64,000 bases of DNA from Clostridiaceae bacterium BRH_c20a (GTDB lineage Bacteria > Bacillota > Peptococcia > Peptococcales > BICA1-8). The stretch's first letter is position 1. Every line of letters starts with the position of its first letter. Of the stretch, positions 63,167 to 64,000 are shown in pieces. The stretch covers positions 40,907 to 104,906 of the forward strand of contig LADT01000042.1 in assembly GCA_000961765.1 (NCBI GenBank), in the 5' to 3' direction. The notes under the pieces were generated by a model, which ran no database searches, was not told the origin of the DNA, and saw only the letters and a program-made list of their open reading frames with translations. Made by a program: the position numbers and the translations under genes.

Positions 63167-64000
63167 CTAATTTAGTCGTTCTTCAACTATTGCGGCTAAT
63201 ATCTTCGCCCCATGGATCAGTGCTTCCAAATTAAATTTCATTTCGGGATGATGGAGACCTGGAGCTAAATCAGCACCTAGACCTATATAGGCTGTTTTAA
63301 TTTGTCCCTTGGTACTATAGTAGTGAAAATCCTCGCCACCGGGAGTAATAACGGGATCCATGGTTTCTCCTAAAACTTTTTGAATAGCTTTAGAGGTTAA
63401 ATCAATTAATCCCTGGTCATAACTCGCTCCCGGAACACCTCCTAGTACTGAAATCCGGGAAGAGGCTCCAAGAGCAGCAGCCCCATTTTCTACAGCACGC
63501 TGAACCCTTTTCTGCAGTTCCTCCATTGCTTCATTAGTTTGGGCTCTTAAATCAAAAACCATTTCTGCCCTATCAGGAATAATATTATTTGCCCCATTAT
63601 TTGCCAACAGTTTAGTGGTTTTTACAGAAAAAGGCACAGTAGGATTAAGTCTAATAGCATTAACTGCGTTGACAACTGCTGCCGCTGCATCAATAGCATT
63701 AATTCCCAAATGAGGTCTCGCACCATGAGCTGGTAAACCTTTAATTTCGGCCCACATAATATAAGAAGACCCATGACATAATGCAGGCGTAGCTTGGCCA
63801 AGCTTACCCTCTTGGATAGGCCTCAGGTGTATCCCAAACATTTCCTCAACATCAGCCAAAATACCACTTTTTAGCATTGCCTCAGCCCCACCAAGGGCTT
63901 CTTCGGCTGGCTGAAACAATATTTTTAAGGTCCCCCTTTTGATTCTCCTTTTAGCCCATACTAAAGCTGCCATCAATACCATAGTACTGTTAGCATCGTG
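63167..64000 (-). CDS. M20D-family amidohydrolase (N-acyl-amino-acid amidohydrolase / hippurate-hydrolase-like), C-terminal 277 codons (the 5' end lies right of the window)
   Basis: The frame is open to position 64000 (...HDANSTMVLMAALVW...). Contains LFQPAEEALGGA and the dimerisation-domain pattern GLPAHGARPHLGINAI. Confidence 0.8.
   Translation of the reverse strand, partial: HDANSTMVLMAALVWAKRRIKRGTLKILFQPAEEALGGAEAMLKSGILADVEEMFGIHLRPIQEGKLGQATPALCHGSSYIMWAEIKGLPAHGARPHLGINAIDAAAAVVNAVNAIRLNPTVPFSVKTTKLLANNGANNIIPDRAEMVFDLRAQTNEAMEELQKRVQRAVENGAAALGASSRISVLGGVPGASYDQGLIDLTSKAIQKVLGETMDPVITPGGEDFHYYSTKGQIKTAYIGLGADLAPGLHHPEMKFNLEALIHGAKILAAIVEERLN

Noticed and set aside
1-64000. Mobile elements, prophage or defence systems (restriction-modification, toxin-antitoxin, CRISPR-cas, Abi-type) and tRNA/rRNA genes
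   Set aside because: No transposase, integrase, recombinase, nuclease/methylase, cas or phage-structural-like ORF was found, and no tRNA-like cloverleaf was noticed. The only hint of horizontal transfer is compositional (the GC-rich block at 14.7-31.3 kb).

Overview
Nearly every gene in this 64-kb window is on the minus strand. Gene content suggests a strictly anaerobic, Firmicutes-type chromosome: tungsten AOR-family enzymes, a type-1B PyrK/PyrD pair, PyrR-type attenuators and Gram-positive lipoprotein signals. This is inference, since no database search was possible and all family calls come from reading the translated ORFs against remembered motifs. (1) Positions 1-49.4 kb form one very large co-directional catabolic supercluster. 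It has two PucR-type regulators and six uptake systems (two DctPQM TRAP, one TAXI-TRAP, EamA, VUT/YhhQ-like, LctP-like). It has three aldehyde:ferredoxin-oxidoreductase (AOR) family enzymes, one of them AorABC-like with an FAD subunit and a MoaD-like protein. It has many C-N hydrolases: two M20 enzymes plus an M20 remnant, a formamidase, a dihydroorotase/hydantoinase-like enzyme, two deaminase-type amidohydrolases, and a cyanuric-acid-hydrolase/barbiturase-family ring-opening amidohydrolase. It also carries an OrtAB (2-amino-4-oxopentanoate thiolase)-aminotransferase-OCD module, a PyrK/PyrD-like pair, and two FdrA-DUF1116 pairs with DUF2877 and carbamate kinase (oxamate-carbamoyltransferase-like, ATP-yielding). 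A block at about 14.7-31.3 kb is visibly GC-richer than its surroundings. (2) Positions 49.6-58.0 kb hold the pyrimidine biosynthesis operon pyrB-pyrC-carA-carB-pyrF-pyrE. It lacks pyrK/pyrD and pyrR, is preceded by two tandem PyrR-type attenuators, and its spacers are colonised by several short-repeat families. (3) Positions 59-64 kb hold a HAD phosphatase (+), a P-type ATPase behind a yybP-ykoY-like Mn2+ riboswitch, and a partial M20D amidohydrolase. The best candidate for an undescribed system is an anaerobic route for fermenting N-heterocycles or ureides (pyrimidine, barbiturate/cyanurate or hydantoin type) that gains ATP through carbamoyl phosphate. No transposase, integrase, CRISPR-cas, tRNA or rRNA gene was seen.
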